Shown here: positions 28,900-38,496 of the stretch, piece by piece | How positions within the stretch are numbered: position 1 is the stretch's first letter | Layout: every line of letters starts with the position of its first letter | IMG/VR virus record: IMGVR_UViG_3300042477_000769 | Length of the DNA stretch: 64,000 nt | Strand: one strand, 5' to 3' | From: a virus | Taxonomy: Duplodnaviria; Caudoviricetes | Notes under the pieces: model-generated | Databases searched by the model: none | Seen by the model: only the letters and a program-made list of their open reading frames with translations | Told to the model about the DNA's origin: nothing | Made by a program: the position numbers and the translations under genes

Positions 28900-29315
28900 T
28901 TACTGAAGAATTGGTTCTTGAAACTATAGCCGAATGTAGCAAGGATAAATCCAAAACTATGGCAGAATTTATTGCCACTTTGTTTAAGGACCAATTTGTG
29001 GAAATTTATTTGGGCGATTCTTATGAAGAAGTCAGCACTGAACAAATTTCTACAGCTTATCCGGCAGTATTTTGTGGAAAAGTAGTGGCTGCTTATAGAG
29101 AATGTTTAGTATTAAGTTCTGTATATACTAATAAATCAACTAAATCTTTAGAGTTAGGTAATTTGGTTTTTATTAGTGAGCGAGCTATTCGTGGTTTAAA
29201 TGCCATTGATGGTAAAGGCGTGATGGAAGATATGTTTTTACGAAGTAGTGAATCTTTAGATATCAAGTCTCAATTTATTGATGGTTTGCCACGACCTGTT
29301 AAAAGTAAAAAATAA
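28896..29315 (+). CDS. Hypothetical small beta-barrel protein (possibly Sm/LSm-like)
   Basis: QFVEIYL..FCGKVVAAYRECLVL..LVFISERAIRGL resembles the Sm1/Sm2 strand pattern; weak. Confidence 0.35.
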   Translation: MITEELVLETIAECSKDKSKTMAEFIATLFKDQFVEIYLGDSYEEVSTEQISTAYPAVFCGKVVAAYRECLVLSSVYTNKSTKSLELGNLVFISERAIRGLNAIDGKGVMEDMFLRSSESLDIKSQFIDGLPRPVKSKK

Positions 29316-30043
29316 TGTCTACTGTTAAACAGCTCTTATCTTTGGCCTCTGACTATGCAGACCACTGCCAATGGATAGCTACGGCTAAAATAAAAAAACT
29401 ACCCAATGGTCAATATCGAGTATTATCAGAAAAAGGTAAAAATTTAGGAACCAGTGACACCAAAGAGAAAGCAGAAAAAAGATTACGTCAAATAGAGTTT
29501 TTTAAACATCAAGACCAACATCATGCTGAATCCATGATTGATTTAACCCAAGCTACTGATTTTTCTTTCTCTGCTATTATGAGAGAGTTAAGACAACATG
29601 GTTCAGCTGAACAAGTTAATTATTTTTTAAAATTATTTCATCAAGAGTTTAATCAAGCCTATCGAAAAGAATTGCAACAACCAGAAAAGGTGGCGCTACA
29701 AAACTCATTAACTAAATTTAATAAAAAACATAAAATTAAGGTTAAAGGTAAATTAGTTAAAGCGGCAGCGGTGAGTGAGTTAGGAGACCCGGCTAAAGTA
29801 GGTAAATATTTATCTGATATTGTTAAATTCACTATTAACAAAATACCTCCAGATAAAAGATCTAAAGCTTTAGATAGTTTACGAAAGAAATTTTATGGAT
29901 TAAATGCTAATGAAATAGCGCAAAAGAATCTACCACCTACTTCAGGAATTGGGCAATCTATTACTTTCGTCAAACACGTCTTATTTAATCATAATCCTCA
30001 TTATATTCGTGAAGTTCTCAATAATTTAGTGAGAAACTTATGA
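29315..30043 (+). CDS. Hypothetical protein
   Basis: KIKKLPNGQYRVLSEKGKNLG..AEKRLRQIEFFK; QHHA|E and VKAA|A motifs. Confidence 0.6.
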   Translation: MSTVKQLLSLASDYADHCQWIATAKIKKLPNGQYRVLSEKGKNLGTSDTKEKAEKRLRQIEFFKHQDQHHAESMIDLTQATDFSFSAIMRELRQHGSAEQVNYFLKLFHQEFNQAYRKELQQPEKVALQNSLTKFNKKHKIKVKGKLVKAAAVSELGDPAKVGKYLSDIVKFTINKIPPDKRSKALDSLRKKFYGLNANEIAQKNLPPTSGIGQSITFVKHVLFNHNPHYIREVLNNLVRNL

Positions 30044-30795
30044 TTCAAAGATTTAAACAAGTCACTCCTCAGTTATTTCGAGGCAGCGCGCCCCATCCTT
30101 TAGAAGTAATTGAATTAAAAAACAAATTTGATATTAACAAAATTGTTAGTTTGGATCGTAAATCGGGTGAAAAAATTGCTCATATTACTAATAAACTGGG
30201 TATTGACCACATTATCTTACCATTAGAATTAGATAATTTTTTACCTAGTTTATTAAATTTTTTACGATATGATTTAAAAGAATTATTATTAACTAATGGG
30301 CCCACTTTTGTTCATTGTTATGCAGGTAAAGATCGTACGGGATTAGCGGTAGCGTTAGTAGAATGTAAATATTTAGGTAAAAAACCAGAACAAGCATTAG
30401 CTGAGGCTAAAAAATTAGATTTTGGCAAAAATGTTGATCCTAAAGTGATTAAAATATTTGAAAAATTAATTACTTCTTGTCGACCTGTCTCTGATATCAA
30501 TGAGGCAGATATTGTGTCTAATCAAAGAGAATACATAGGTGATTCTAAAGATTCTTTCTTAGATCAAGCTCACCAAGGTTCTTTTGCCCCTCATATTGTG
30601 GATACGAGACAACAGCCAATTGATCCGGTTTATAATTTTATTATGGATCAACCACAAACCCGTCAAAATTATCATCAACCAGTTATTCCTGGTACTTCTA
30701 ATAATGTGATTCCTCAAGTCGGAGTTTATAATAATGATGCTGGAATGCGTGGAGCAGGACCGACAGATAACAATGGTGGATTCATCTACGACTAA
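30040..30795 (+). CDS. Cys-based (dual-specificity/tyrosine) phosphatase
   Basis: P-loop FVHCYAGKDRTG (HCx5R); N-terminal LFRGSAP; C-terminal low-complexity tail after DINEA|D. Confidence 0.85.
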   Translation: MIQRFKQVTPQLFRGSAPHPLEVIELKNKFDINKIVSLDRKSGEKIAHITNKLGIDHIILPLELDNFLPSLLNFLRYDLKELLLTNGPTFVHCYAGKDRTGLAVALVECKYLGKKPEQALAEAKKLDFGKNVDPKVIKIFEKLITSCRPVSDINEADIVSNQREYIGDSKDSFLDQAHQGSFAPHIVDTRQQPIDPVYNFIMDQPQTRQNYHQPVIPGTSNNVIPQVGVYNNDAGMRGAGPTDNNGGFIYD

Positions 30796-30831
30796 ATTAG
30801 GCATAAATCAAGATATATAATAACGGAAATT

Positions 30832-31479
30832 ATGAAAATAACTAAAGCTTATGCAGTATCTATGACTTATGAAGTCTCTGATGAAGAAAAGCATCAGGCA
30901 GAGAAAGCTTTAATATTTTTTAACCATGCTATTAAAGTATTAGAGATTGCTAAAGATCATTTAAATATTATGAAGACTCCGTTCAAAGATAATCCCGAAA
31001 TAGAGTCGACAGAAATAATGAAAGTTCGAGCTGCGATGCGAAGATTTAGAGATAAATCTATTGAAAATTTTAATGATTTCAAACGAGAAGGCTTTAAATG
31101 TGTTAATATCATGCAATCTTTTGAATCAGATACTCAGATTGTTAAATTAATTAAATCTTTTATTGCTTCTGTAGATGAATTAGAAGATAAAGTAAATAAA
31201 TTTTCTGGATTATTTGATGATTTAGAGTCTAAATCTTTTTCTAAAGATGTGGTGGGTGCAATTGAAGCGGTGCAAGATAAATGTGAAGAGATTGAAGAAA
31301 TAATTGATGATCGAATCAAAACTCATATTCAAACTAATATTTTAGCTACTAGCTGGATTGATAGTGTGAGTAACAATTATGAGTTAAAAATTGAAAAGAA
31401 AACTCCATTAATTATGGAGCTGTTCAATAAAAGACAAGATCAATTAAATGACGCAATTGTTAACAAAAGAATAAATTGA
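30832..31479 (+). CDS. Hypothetical coiled-coil protein
   Basis: 215-aa helical ORF; N-terminal ITKA|Y. Confidence 0.6.
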   Translation: MKITKAYAVSMTYEVSDEEKHQAEKALIFFNHAIKVLEIAKDHLNIMKTPFKDNPEIESTEIMKVRAAMRRFRDKSIENFNDFKREGFKCVNIMQSFESDTQIVKLIKSFIASVDELEDKVNKFSGLFDDLESKSFSKDVVGAIEAVQDKCEEIEEIIDDRIKTHIQTNILATSWIDSVSNNYELKIEKKTPLIMELFNKRQDQLNDAIVNKRIN

Positions 31480-31519
31480 TAGTAATATTGCTATATTGTA
31501 GTAAATAAGTGGAGTAACA

Positions 31520-31666
31520 ATGGGTTTTATTAAACGTGGCGATGGCAAAATACTTTCTGTAGTAGAGCCAGAAGCTGTACCAGAAGAACAAAAAAAAGTG
31601 GCTCAAGATTTAGTTAAAAAAGAAAAAGAGACTAAAGAATCCACTACTAAAAAAATAGAACAGTGA
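31520..31666 (+). CDS. Small 48-aa protein not in the ORF track
   Basis: SD GGAG at 31511-31514; MGFIKRGDGKILSVVEPEAVPEEQKKVAQDLVKKEKETKESTTKKIEQ*. Confidence 0.6.
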   Translation: MGFIKRGDGKILSVVEPEAVPEEQKKVAQDLVKKEKETKESTTKKIEQ

Positions 31667-31669
31667 GAT

Positions 31670-32332
31670 ATGCTGAAGACTTGTTGTATGTGTAAAATAG
31701 CTCAAGACACTGATAATTTTTGTCAACACAAAAATAGACCAGATAATTTATCTGATCAGTGCCGACACTGTGCTAAATTATATCGACAACAACATCAAGC
31801 AGATAAAAAGAAATATCCTTCTTCTTCTCTGGAGTATAAAAAAGAATATCGCCATCAAAATAAAGAACGCGCCAACTATTTGCGTCGCTTAAATAGAAAA
31901 AATAATCCAGAGAAACATCGACAATTAGCCAAGTTAAGATATCAAAAAAATAAGCAAAGTATTAGAGAACATCAGAAAAAATATTATTTATCTCATAAAA
32001 ACTATTTTCAATCTAAGAATAAGAATTATCGATTAGCTAACCGAGAGTATATTTTGTTAAAAAATAGAAAGCGAAAAAGATTACTTTCGGGATCAAATAT
32101 CTCACAATTAGAAATTAAACAACTACTAATCAAACATAATAATAGTTGTTATTATTGCAAATGTAGTGTAAATTCTGGTTTTAATCTGCATTTAGATCAT
32201 AAAATACCTTTAGTTCGTGGTGGGCAACATAACATACATAATTTAGTTCCGGCATGTGCTACATGCAATTTAAGAAAAGGCACTAAAACAGATATTGAAT
32301 TCCAAGAAATGAGTATCAGCAATGGAAGCTAG
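31670..32332 (+). CDS. HNH endonuclease
   Basis: N-terminal CCMC..CRHC; C-terminal CYYC..LHLDHKIPLVRGGQHNIHNLVPACATCNLRK. Confidence 0.9.
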   Translation: MLKTCCMCKIAQDTDNFCQHKNRPDNLSDQCRHCAKLYRQQHQADKKKYPSSSLEYKKEYRHQNKERANYLRRLNRKNNPEKHRQLAKLRYQKNKQSIREHQKKYYLSHKNYFQSKNKNYRLANREYILLKNRKRKRLLSGSNISQLEIKQLLIKHNNSCYYCKCSVNSGFNLHLDHKIPLVRGGQHNIHNLVPACATCNLRKGTKTDIEFQEMSISNGS

Positions 32333-32364
32333 AATCCTTAAATATCTAGACCAGGAGATTTTGA

Positions 32365-35300
32365 ATGTTTCTTAAAATAGGTGAAGCTATAGAAATTAAT
32401 GGAGTAGAGAGCACTGAGTCTTGTCTACCCGCTGTCAATCCCGAAATTTTAGAAAATTTCAAAAAAATCGCCTCTAATTTAAAAAAGATTGCCCCCAAGG
32501 CCGAGGACTTTCTCTACTTCTCTGCCGTAATGATGCATGCCGCAGAGGCAGCCGCTCTCAACGATGACGGCACCCGCAAACTCAATGCCAAAGGCCAACC
32601 AGTCGAAGTAGGTTGGGATAAACGAGGAAACACTTGGAGATGGACTTCTAATGACCCCAATGTGAGACCTTATAAAAATGCGAATGGCGATATTTTTCCA
32701 GAAGAAGAATTAGTTAAAGCCTATAAAAAATGGGTAGGAAAACCTCTGTGCATTGATCATAAATCCAGTTCCGTCGATCATGTCAGAGGTTTTATCGTTG
32801 ATACTTACTATGATCGTAATTTAAAACGAGTGATTGCTTTATGCGCTTTAGATAAGGCTGGTTACCCTCAATTAGCTAGACAAGTAGCTACTGGAGTTTC
32901 TAATTGTGTATCCATGGGTACGGCGGTAGGAAAAGCTATTTGTTCTGATTGTGCCACCGTAGCTAGAACAGAACATGATTTTTGTGATCATATGAGACGC
33001 AAATCATGTTATGGAGAAATTAATTTAGATTTAAATCCTATAGAATTATCGATAGTAGTAAATGGTGCAGATCCTAAAGCTAGCATTAAGCATATTATTG
33101 CGGCGGCTAACACTTTAAATTCTTATGTAGAAAGCAAACAACAAGAAATAAATAAGTTTGCGGATAATTTTAGCGCTCGTTTGAGTTTTAATGTTGGGGA
33201 TCAAAGAGATAATGCTTCGGTCACTGATATTGAAGTTAATTCTAGTGATTTAGAAAATTTCAAAAAAGATGTTGAAAAAGCTATTGCAGATTTCCAGGAA
33301 CTGCAATCTTCATTAAATGAAGAAGAAAAAATGCAAGAACATACTAATGAAACTGCATTTGATCAATTGCCAGAAGAGATTAACTCTTCGGCTGATTCTG
33401 GATTGGCTCCCCCACATGCAAGATTTGCATCCGCTAAAGTAGGGGTGGACCCTATTGCTGAGCTTCAAGAGGTCACTAAAGGTATTGAGGCCAAGTTAAG
33501 CCAAATGAAACACAGCTTAGATAAGTTAGTAAACACTTCTACACATACACAAGAGGAAACTATGTCAGGTACAAACAATATGAATAAGAAAGGTTATTAC
33601 CAAGGCGCTGGTGGAGTTAATGAACCTACTCCAGGACAAGCTAAATATCCTAAAGATCCGTTAAACGAGCAATTACGTGAACGGGAAGATAAACAAATGG
33701 TTGGTCAATCAGGATTCCCTGGTGTTGGACCCGTGGATGGAATGCATCCCAGCCCAGATTCGGCAGAACCTGCTAATGAATTAGAGCGCAAAAAAATGTT
33801 AGCTCGGGCAGAATCCGAAGAGCGCGCAGTTCGCCGACAAGCCATTATTAATTTAGCTAAATCAGCCTTAGAGAATAAGCAAGCTTATTTCCAAGGTGGT
33901 GGCGGCGTGAATGAGCCCACTCCTGGTAAAACCAAATATCCTGCTGACAAGTTAAATGAACAAGCTCGTGATAAAGAAGATAAGCAAATGGTTGGCCAAA
34001 AACCTTTCCCTGGTGTAGGCCCGGTCGATGGATTACACCCTAGTCCTAGTTCGGCTGATATGGCAGACGAATTAAAGCGTAAAGAAATGTTACGCCGAGC
34101 CTCTACCCTGAGTGCTAAATTTGCTTATGCTAGCAATAATGACGGTTCGATTAATAAAGGTGATTGTGCGTGGGAAGTTTATCGTGGCGACAAATTAATT
34201 TTGAGCGCTTCAGTTAATGAATTATCTGGTGGAAAACCAAATAAATTATATGCCAACATTGCTACCAAACCATTTGGAGCTAAACTATTAGAAAAAGTAA
34301 AAGCTCATGGAGTAGATAAAGTTCGTGCCTTAGTTAAAAGCGCTCAAGTTGCTCCTGAAATGACCCAAGAAATGGCGCCTCCTGCTGAAGCAGCTCCGGC
34401 TCCGGCTCCTGCTCCTGCTCCAGCTGGATTAGATCCAGTAGAAGACGCAGGTAAATCTGGCGATGTCAAAGAGTCTGCTTCTGAGTTAGCTGAAAAAGTT
34501 AGAGATTTAAGCTCTGATTTAGTAGAAACAGTTCGCGCGTTAGAAGGCGAAAAAGCTGAAATGGGCGAAGTAGATGGCGCCGGTGGCGAGATGGCCGCTG
34601 CAGCTTCCTTTAGTACCAAAACATTAAATTCTTTTAGAAAAGAATTAAATGGAATGTTAACAGAAGCGATGAAAGAAGCGGTAGCTAGTTTAGATGGTCA
34701 TGCGGAAGAATTAGATCTTATTAGTGGATTATATGATAAGGGAGTGGTATCCACAGCCAATCAAGAATTAGTAAATAACATTGCAGAAGATGCCTTAACA
34801 GAAGCTAAGACTGCAGTGGCTGATGGATTCAAATTAATGTCTGCTTTCGTGAAGTATGCTCGTGGCACTCAAGCTATTGTCAAACGTGCAGAAATTGAAG
34901 CTGAACTTGAAGCATTAGCTGAAGGAGAAAATATGGATGGCGTACATAGCAGTAACGATGGCGATGATGATTTAATGGCCATGATTTCTGACACTAATTC
35001 TGAATTAGAAGATGTCAAATCTTTAATGGAAGAAGATAAAGACATGGAAGATGAACATGAAAAATCATTATTTGAAACTGTCGTAGAAGAAGGCGAAGTG
35101 GAAGCTGACGCTTTAGCTGATGATCATAAAGATGATGACAATGATCTCAAGGCTGGAGATTTGAAGCCAGAAACTCAACTCAAGCCAGAAATGTTATCTC
35201 AAGCCTTTAATAGCAAAGCTGGTCGCGCTGCCTTAAGAGCCAAATTAGCTGCTGATGCCTTAGGTAAACAAGATGATGGTCAAGTTCAAGATATGTCGCG

Positions 35301-35964
35301 GGCTCATTTTAGCGATATGTTAGATGAGGCTAATGATTTAGCTGATGGTCAAACAGAATTAGATGTAAAGCCTTCTAATAACTTAGGTTATGTAGAAACC
35401 TTATCGGAAGTTAACAAATCCATGATGGATTTGGCTAAAGCTCCACCTAAGGTTCGTAAAGAGGCTGAAGCTATTCACAAATTAGTCTCGGAAGGCAAAT
35501 TAGATCCATCAGATTTAGATGAATTAGTCTCTGAAGGATTAGATAAAGATGCCGTAGCTTACTACCGCAAATACTGGGGTCAAGTAGATGGTGGCTCTGA
35601 ATTTGCTAATGAATTAGCTAAAGAGCATGTGAAAGCTAAGATGGAAGAAGAGCTAAATAACTATAAAGTTAAAATTGCTAGAGCTTATGAATTAGCTTAT
35701 GATATGGTGGAACGTGGTTTGTGCGCTTCCGATCGTATTCATGTGACAGCTCAAGTAGAAGAAATTATGAAGTTTAATGATGAGTCATTTGAATCTTTAA
35801 AGAGAGTCGTCGCTCAACATAACCCAATGTTACAAAAGTCTGCTCATCGTATGCCGCAAGTAGGGTTTATTGGTGCGGGCGAAACTCATAGTGCAACATC
35901 CGCAGATGATGATTGGTCTCAATTATCGGCAGCATTTGCTAAGACTAACAAAAGATTATTCTGA
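32365..35964 (+). CDS. Prohead (capsid maturation) protease fused to a long acidic scaffold region
   Basis: NGDIFPEEEL..GKPLCIDH..VRGFIVD..VSMGT..IELSIVVNGADPKA (assemblin-type His/Ser pattern), then an acidic coiled-coil region; lies between portal and MCP. Confidence 0.8.
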   Translation: MFLKIGEAIEINGVESTESCLPAVNPEILENFKKIASNLKKIAPKAEDFLYFSAVMMHAAEAAALNDDGTRKLNAKGQPVEVGWDKRGNTWRWTSNDPNVRPYKNANGDIFPEEELVKAYKKWVGKPLCIDHKSSSVDHVRGFIVDTYYDRNLKRVIALCALDKAGYPQLARQVATGVSNCVSMGTAVGKAICSDCATVARTEHDFCDHMRRKSCYGEINLDLNPIELSIVVNGADPKASIKHIIAAANTLNSYVESKQQEINKFADNFSARLSFNVGDQRDNASVTDIEVNSSDLENFKKDVEKAIADFQELQSSLNEEEKMQEHTNETAFDQLPEEINSSADSGLAPPHARFASAKVGVDPIAELQEVTKGIEAKLSQMKHSLDKLVNTSTHTQEETMSGTNNMNKKGYYQGAGGVNEPTPGQAKYPKDPLNEQLREREDKQMVGQSGFPGVGPVDGMHPSPDSAEPANELERKKMLARAESEERAVRRQAIINLAKSALENKQAYFQGGGGVNEPTPGKTKYPADKLNEQARDKEDKQMVGQKPFPGVGPVDGLHPSPSSADMADELKRKEMLRRASTLSAKFAYASNNDGSINKGDCAWEVYRGDKLILSASVNELSGGKPNKLYANIATKPFGAKLLEKVKAHGVDKVRALVKSAQVAPEMTQEMAPPAEAAPAPAPAPAPAGLDPVEDAGKSGDVKESASELAEKVRDLSSDLVETVRALEGEKAEMGEVDGAGGEMAAAASFSTKTLNSFRKELNGMLTEAMKEAVASLDGHAEELDLISGLYDKGVVSTANQELVNNIAEDALTEAKTAVADGFKLMSAFVKYARGTQAIVKRAEIEAELEALAEGENMDGVHSSNDGDDDLMAMISDTNSELEDVKSLMEEDKDMEDEHEKSLFETVVEEGEVEADALADDHKDDDNDLKAGDLKPETQLKPEMLSQAFNSKAGRAALRAKLAADALGKQDDGQVQDMSRAHFSDMLDEANDLADGQTELDVKPSNNLGYVETLSEVNKSMMDLAKAPPKVRKEAEAIHKLVSEGKLDPSDLDELVSEGLDKDAVAYYRKYWGQVDGGSEFANELAKEHVKAKMEEELNNYKVKIARAYELAYDMVERGLCASDRIHVTAQVEEIMKFNDESFESLKRVVAQHNPMLQKSAHRMPQVGFIGAGETHSATSADDDWSQLSAAFAKTNKRLF

Positions 35965-35994
35965 GCAAAATCAACAAACTGAATAGAGGATATT

Positions 35995-36606
35995 ATGTCT
36001 AAAAATAGTGTATCAGATTTTGTCGCTGCTAGTATGGATGCAGCCTTAAAAAGCCCCGAGTATAAAACTTTGTTCAATACTCAATATAAATATGCTGAAG
36101 AAAAAGAAAAAGATGATTGCGATACGGATGATTGCAATGATACTTCTCATGCTCATGATACCTCTGCCGCTGATGTCGGGGAAGCTTGGGATAAAGATGA
36201 GAAAGATGCCAAAGATGATGACATGAAAGCTGATGCTGCTTTTGATGTTGCGATCGATAGCTTACTCACTGCTTCGGCCGCTTTAGATGCAGTTGGTATG
36301 GAAAAAACTGCTACATTTAGCTTAAAATTAGCCTCCTTAGTAGTAGAGGCCAAAAAGAAAGAAAAAGATAAGGCTAAGGATAAAAAGAAAGAAAAAGCTG
36401 ATATGAATGACGCTAAAGCTAAAGCCAAAGCCAAAGAAAAAATGGCTAAAGAAAAAGCCAAAGAAAAAGAAAAGAAAGATATGCAGATGGCTAAAGATAA
36501 AGCTGCTAAAGAAAAAGAAAAATTAGCCAAAGAAAAAGCCGCTAAAGATAAGATGGCTAAAGAAAAGGCTGAGAAAGAAAAAGCCTCTCAAAAAAAAAGT
36601 AAGTAA
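35995..36606 (+). CDS. Hypothetical protein with Lys/Glu/Ala-rich C-terminal repeat tail
   Basis: SD GAGG upstream; tail AKEKAKEKEKK..AKEKAAKDK. Confidence 0.7.
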   Translation: MSKNSVSDFVAASMDAALKSPEYKTLFNTQYKYAEEKEKDDCDTDDCNDTSHAHDTSAADVGEAWDKDEKDAKDDDMKADAAFDVAIDSLLTASAALDAVGMEKTATFSLKLASLVVEAKKKEKDKAKDKKKEKADMNDAKAKAKAKEKMAKEKAKEKEKKDMQMAKDKAAKEKEKLAKEKAAKDKMAKEKAEKEKASQKKSK

Positions 36607-36851
36607 AGCGTCTTGGAACGATCAGGAATAATTTGTAGAAATTAAGGACAAAAATGATAATGTAGTAGCTCGTGTACATAAATCATTATCAAAAAATGTT
36701 TTAGATAGTTTACCTGCAGATTTAGGCGCTCATGTGCCAGGATTAGGAGAAGATGATTATCCTGGCTATGAACCTTTGTCTGCTGAAGTAAAATATTATG
36801 ATGGCTATGAAGATGAAGATTTAGACTACGAAGATTGGACTCAATAGTTAA

Positions 36852-37070
36852 ATGTTTAAAAATACTAATGTAACAGAAGAAATTTATCGTTCAATGGAAA
36901 AACAATTAGTTTCTCATCAAGTAGAAACTAGGTTTGGATTTAAACGATTAGCTCAAGCCGCTGATTATTTGCAAGCGGCGGCTGAGATCTTTGATCAAGC
37001 TGGAATGTTACAACAAGCTGACGAAATAACAGAAGTCTTGCAAGATTTAGCTCAAGAAATGGCTAAATAG
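36852..37070 (+). CDS. Small helical protein (paralog of the N-terminus of 37079..37603)
   Basis: RLAQAADYLQAAAEIFDQAGMLQQADEITEVL aligns with NLVKAAEYLNSAMEILEDAGLTAKADRVLRIL. Confidence 0.7.
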   Translation: MFKNTNVTEEIYRSMEKQLVSHQVETRFGFKRLAQAADYLQAAAEIFDQAGMLQQADEITEVLQDLAQEMAK

Positions 37071-37078
37071 GAGTAACG

Positions 37079-37603
37079 ATGGCAAAACCCAGCATAGAAC
37101 ACGAATTAGTCTTAGGAATGCAACAAGAATTGCAACCTTATGAAAAAAAGCAAGCAATGACCAATTTGGTCAAAGCGGCAGAATATCTTAATTCTGCTAT
37201 GGAAATATTGGAAGATGCTGGGTTAACCGCTAAAGCAGATCGAGTATTAAGAATCTTAGCTAAAATTGCTCAAGAACAAGATATTAATCAGGCTAAACTG
37301 TCTTCAGATGAAGAATTTTATCAAAAAATAATGAAGTGGTTAGATGATCCAAAAACTCCAGTAGACCCAGAACATCCACAACCCGGAGAAGAATTATCAT
37401 TTAACAGTCTATTAACCGAGCCAGCCAAAGATGAATTAACTTTTCAAAGTTTATTAACGCAAAAAAATGATCCTAAACCCTCCAATGATGACTTATTATT
37501 TAAAAGTATCGCCATGGAATTAGATGAAGATGATGAGTTAGTAAATTTACAAGATGAAGATCAAGAAAGCGATGAAGACGATTTATTTGAAGATGCAGAT
37601 TAA
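37079..37603 (+). CDS. Helical-motif protein with acidic tail
   Basis: SD GGAG upstream; shared motif followed by AKIA|Q and DINQA|K. Confidence 0.7.
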   Translation: MAKPSIEHELVLGMQQELQPYEKKQAMTNLVKAAEYLNSAMEILEDAGLTAKADRVLRILAKIAQEQDINQAKLSSDEEFYQKIMKWLDDPKTPVDPEHPQPGEELSFNSLLTEPAKDELTFQSLLTQKNDPKPSNDDLLFKSIAMELDEDDELVNLQDEDQESDEDDLFEDAD

Positions 37604-38460
37604 CTAATTAATTCTAAATATTTAGAATATTTCCTAGGTAAATATATAGTAGCCTCCTGATACATCCAAGATAATAACTTCTTAACTTGCAAATTGCCAC
37701 CCACCGAAAGTGTGGTGGTAATTGTATTTTTACCGCTTAAATGCAAACTCGGCGTAATATTTAAGTGTTGTTGGATAATATTTTTAACACCTTGGCAAAA
37801 ATCATGAGTTGATGTTATTTGCCAGCCCCAATTGATATAGCCCGTGGGTGTTGGCTGTTTCTGGTATAAACAACCATCTCCATCAAAATATCCACGAATA
37901 AAATGTTGTTGCATCTCAACTGAGGTTAACCAAGAAGGGAAAGTTAAGGTTAAACTTTTATTAGGCGTACAGCCTAAGTTAGTTAATTGCTGAGAGATAG
38001 TTTTATTATTTATTTTTAATAGGCAAGCTGGATAAGGAGGATTATCTATTTCTTTAATGATGCTGGTCGGAGAAATAATATCTCTAATTGTTTCTAGATG
38101 AGATTTGTCTAATGCCTGTAATTTGCAGCTAATTTCGTAATGATGTGGTGGCTTAATATAATTATTGCCGTCAGCATATAAAAATCCTAAAATATAAGCT
38201 TTTTCTTGAGAATCAATAACTTGAAAAAAATTTTCATCAGCTAAATATTTGGTAGTATATTGGGTCGTGGAACGAATTGGAATATTATTCCGACGTAAAG
38301 AATTAAGAACAAAAGTAGCCGAACAATTAAATTGGTGTGCTATTTGTGAACTAGTGGATCCAGATTGATATAGATCAATTATCTGGGAAATAACAGTAGA
38401 ATTATATTTTTTTCTTACCATGGTTGGATAACAAGATATATATCTGTAAGGAAAAACCAT
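37600..38460 (-). CDS. Free-standing LAGLIDADG homing endonuclease with N-terminal HTH
   Basis: KAYILGFLYADG and HFIRGYFDGDG. Confidence 0.88.
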   Translation of the reverse strand: MVFPYRYISCYPTMVRKKYNSTVISQIIDLYQSGSTSSQIAHQFNCSATFVLNSLRRNNIPIRSTTQYTTKYLADENFFQVIDSQEKAYILGFLYADGNNYIKPPHHYEISCKLQALDKSHLETIRDIISPTSIIKEIDNPPYPACLLKINNKTISQQLTNLGCTPNKSLTLTFPSWLTSVEMQQHFIRGYFDGDGCLYQKQPTPTGYINWGWQITSTHDFCQGVKNIIQQHLNITPSLHLSGKNTITTTLSVGGNLQVKKLLSWMYQEATIYLPRKYSKYLELIS

Positions 38461-38496
38461 GCAATATTGTAAAGAGATTAAAGTCTGGAGGACACC

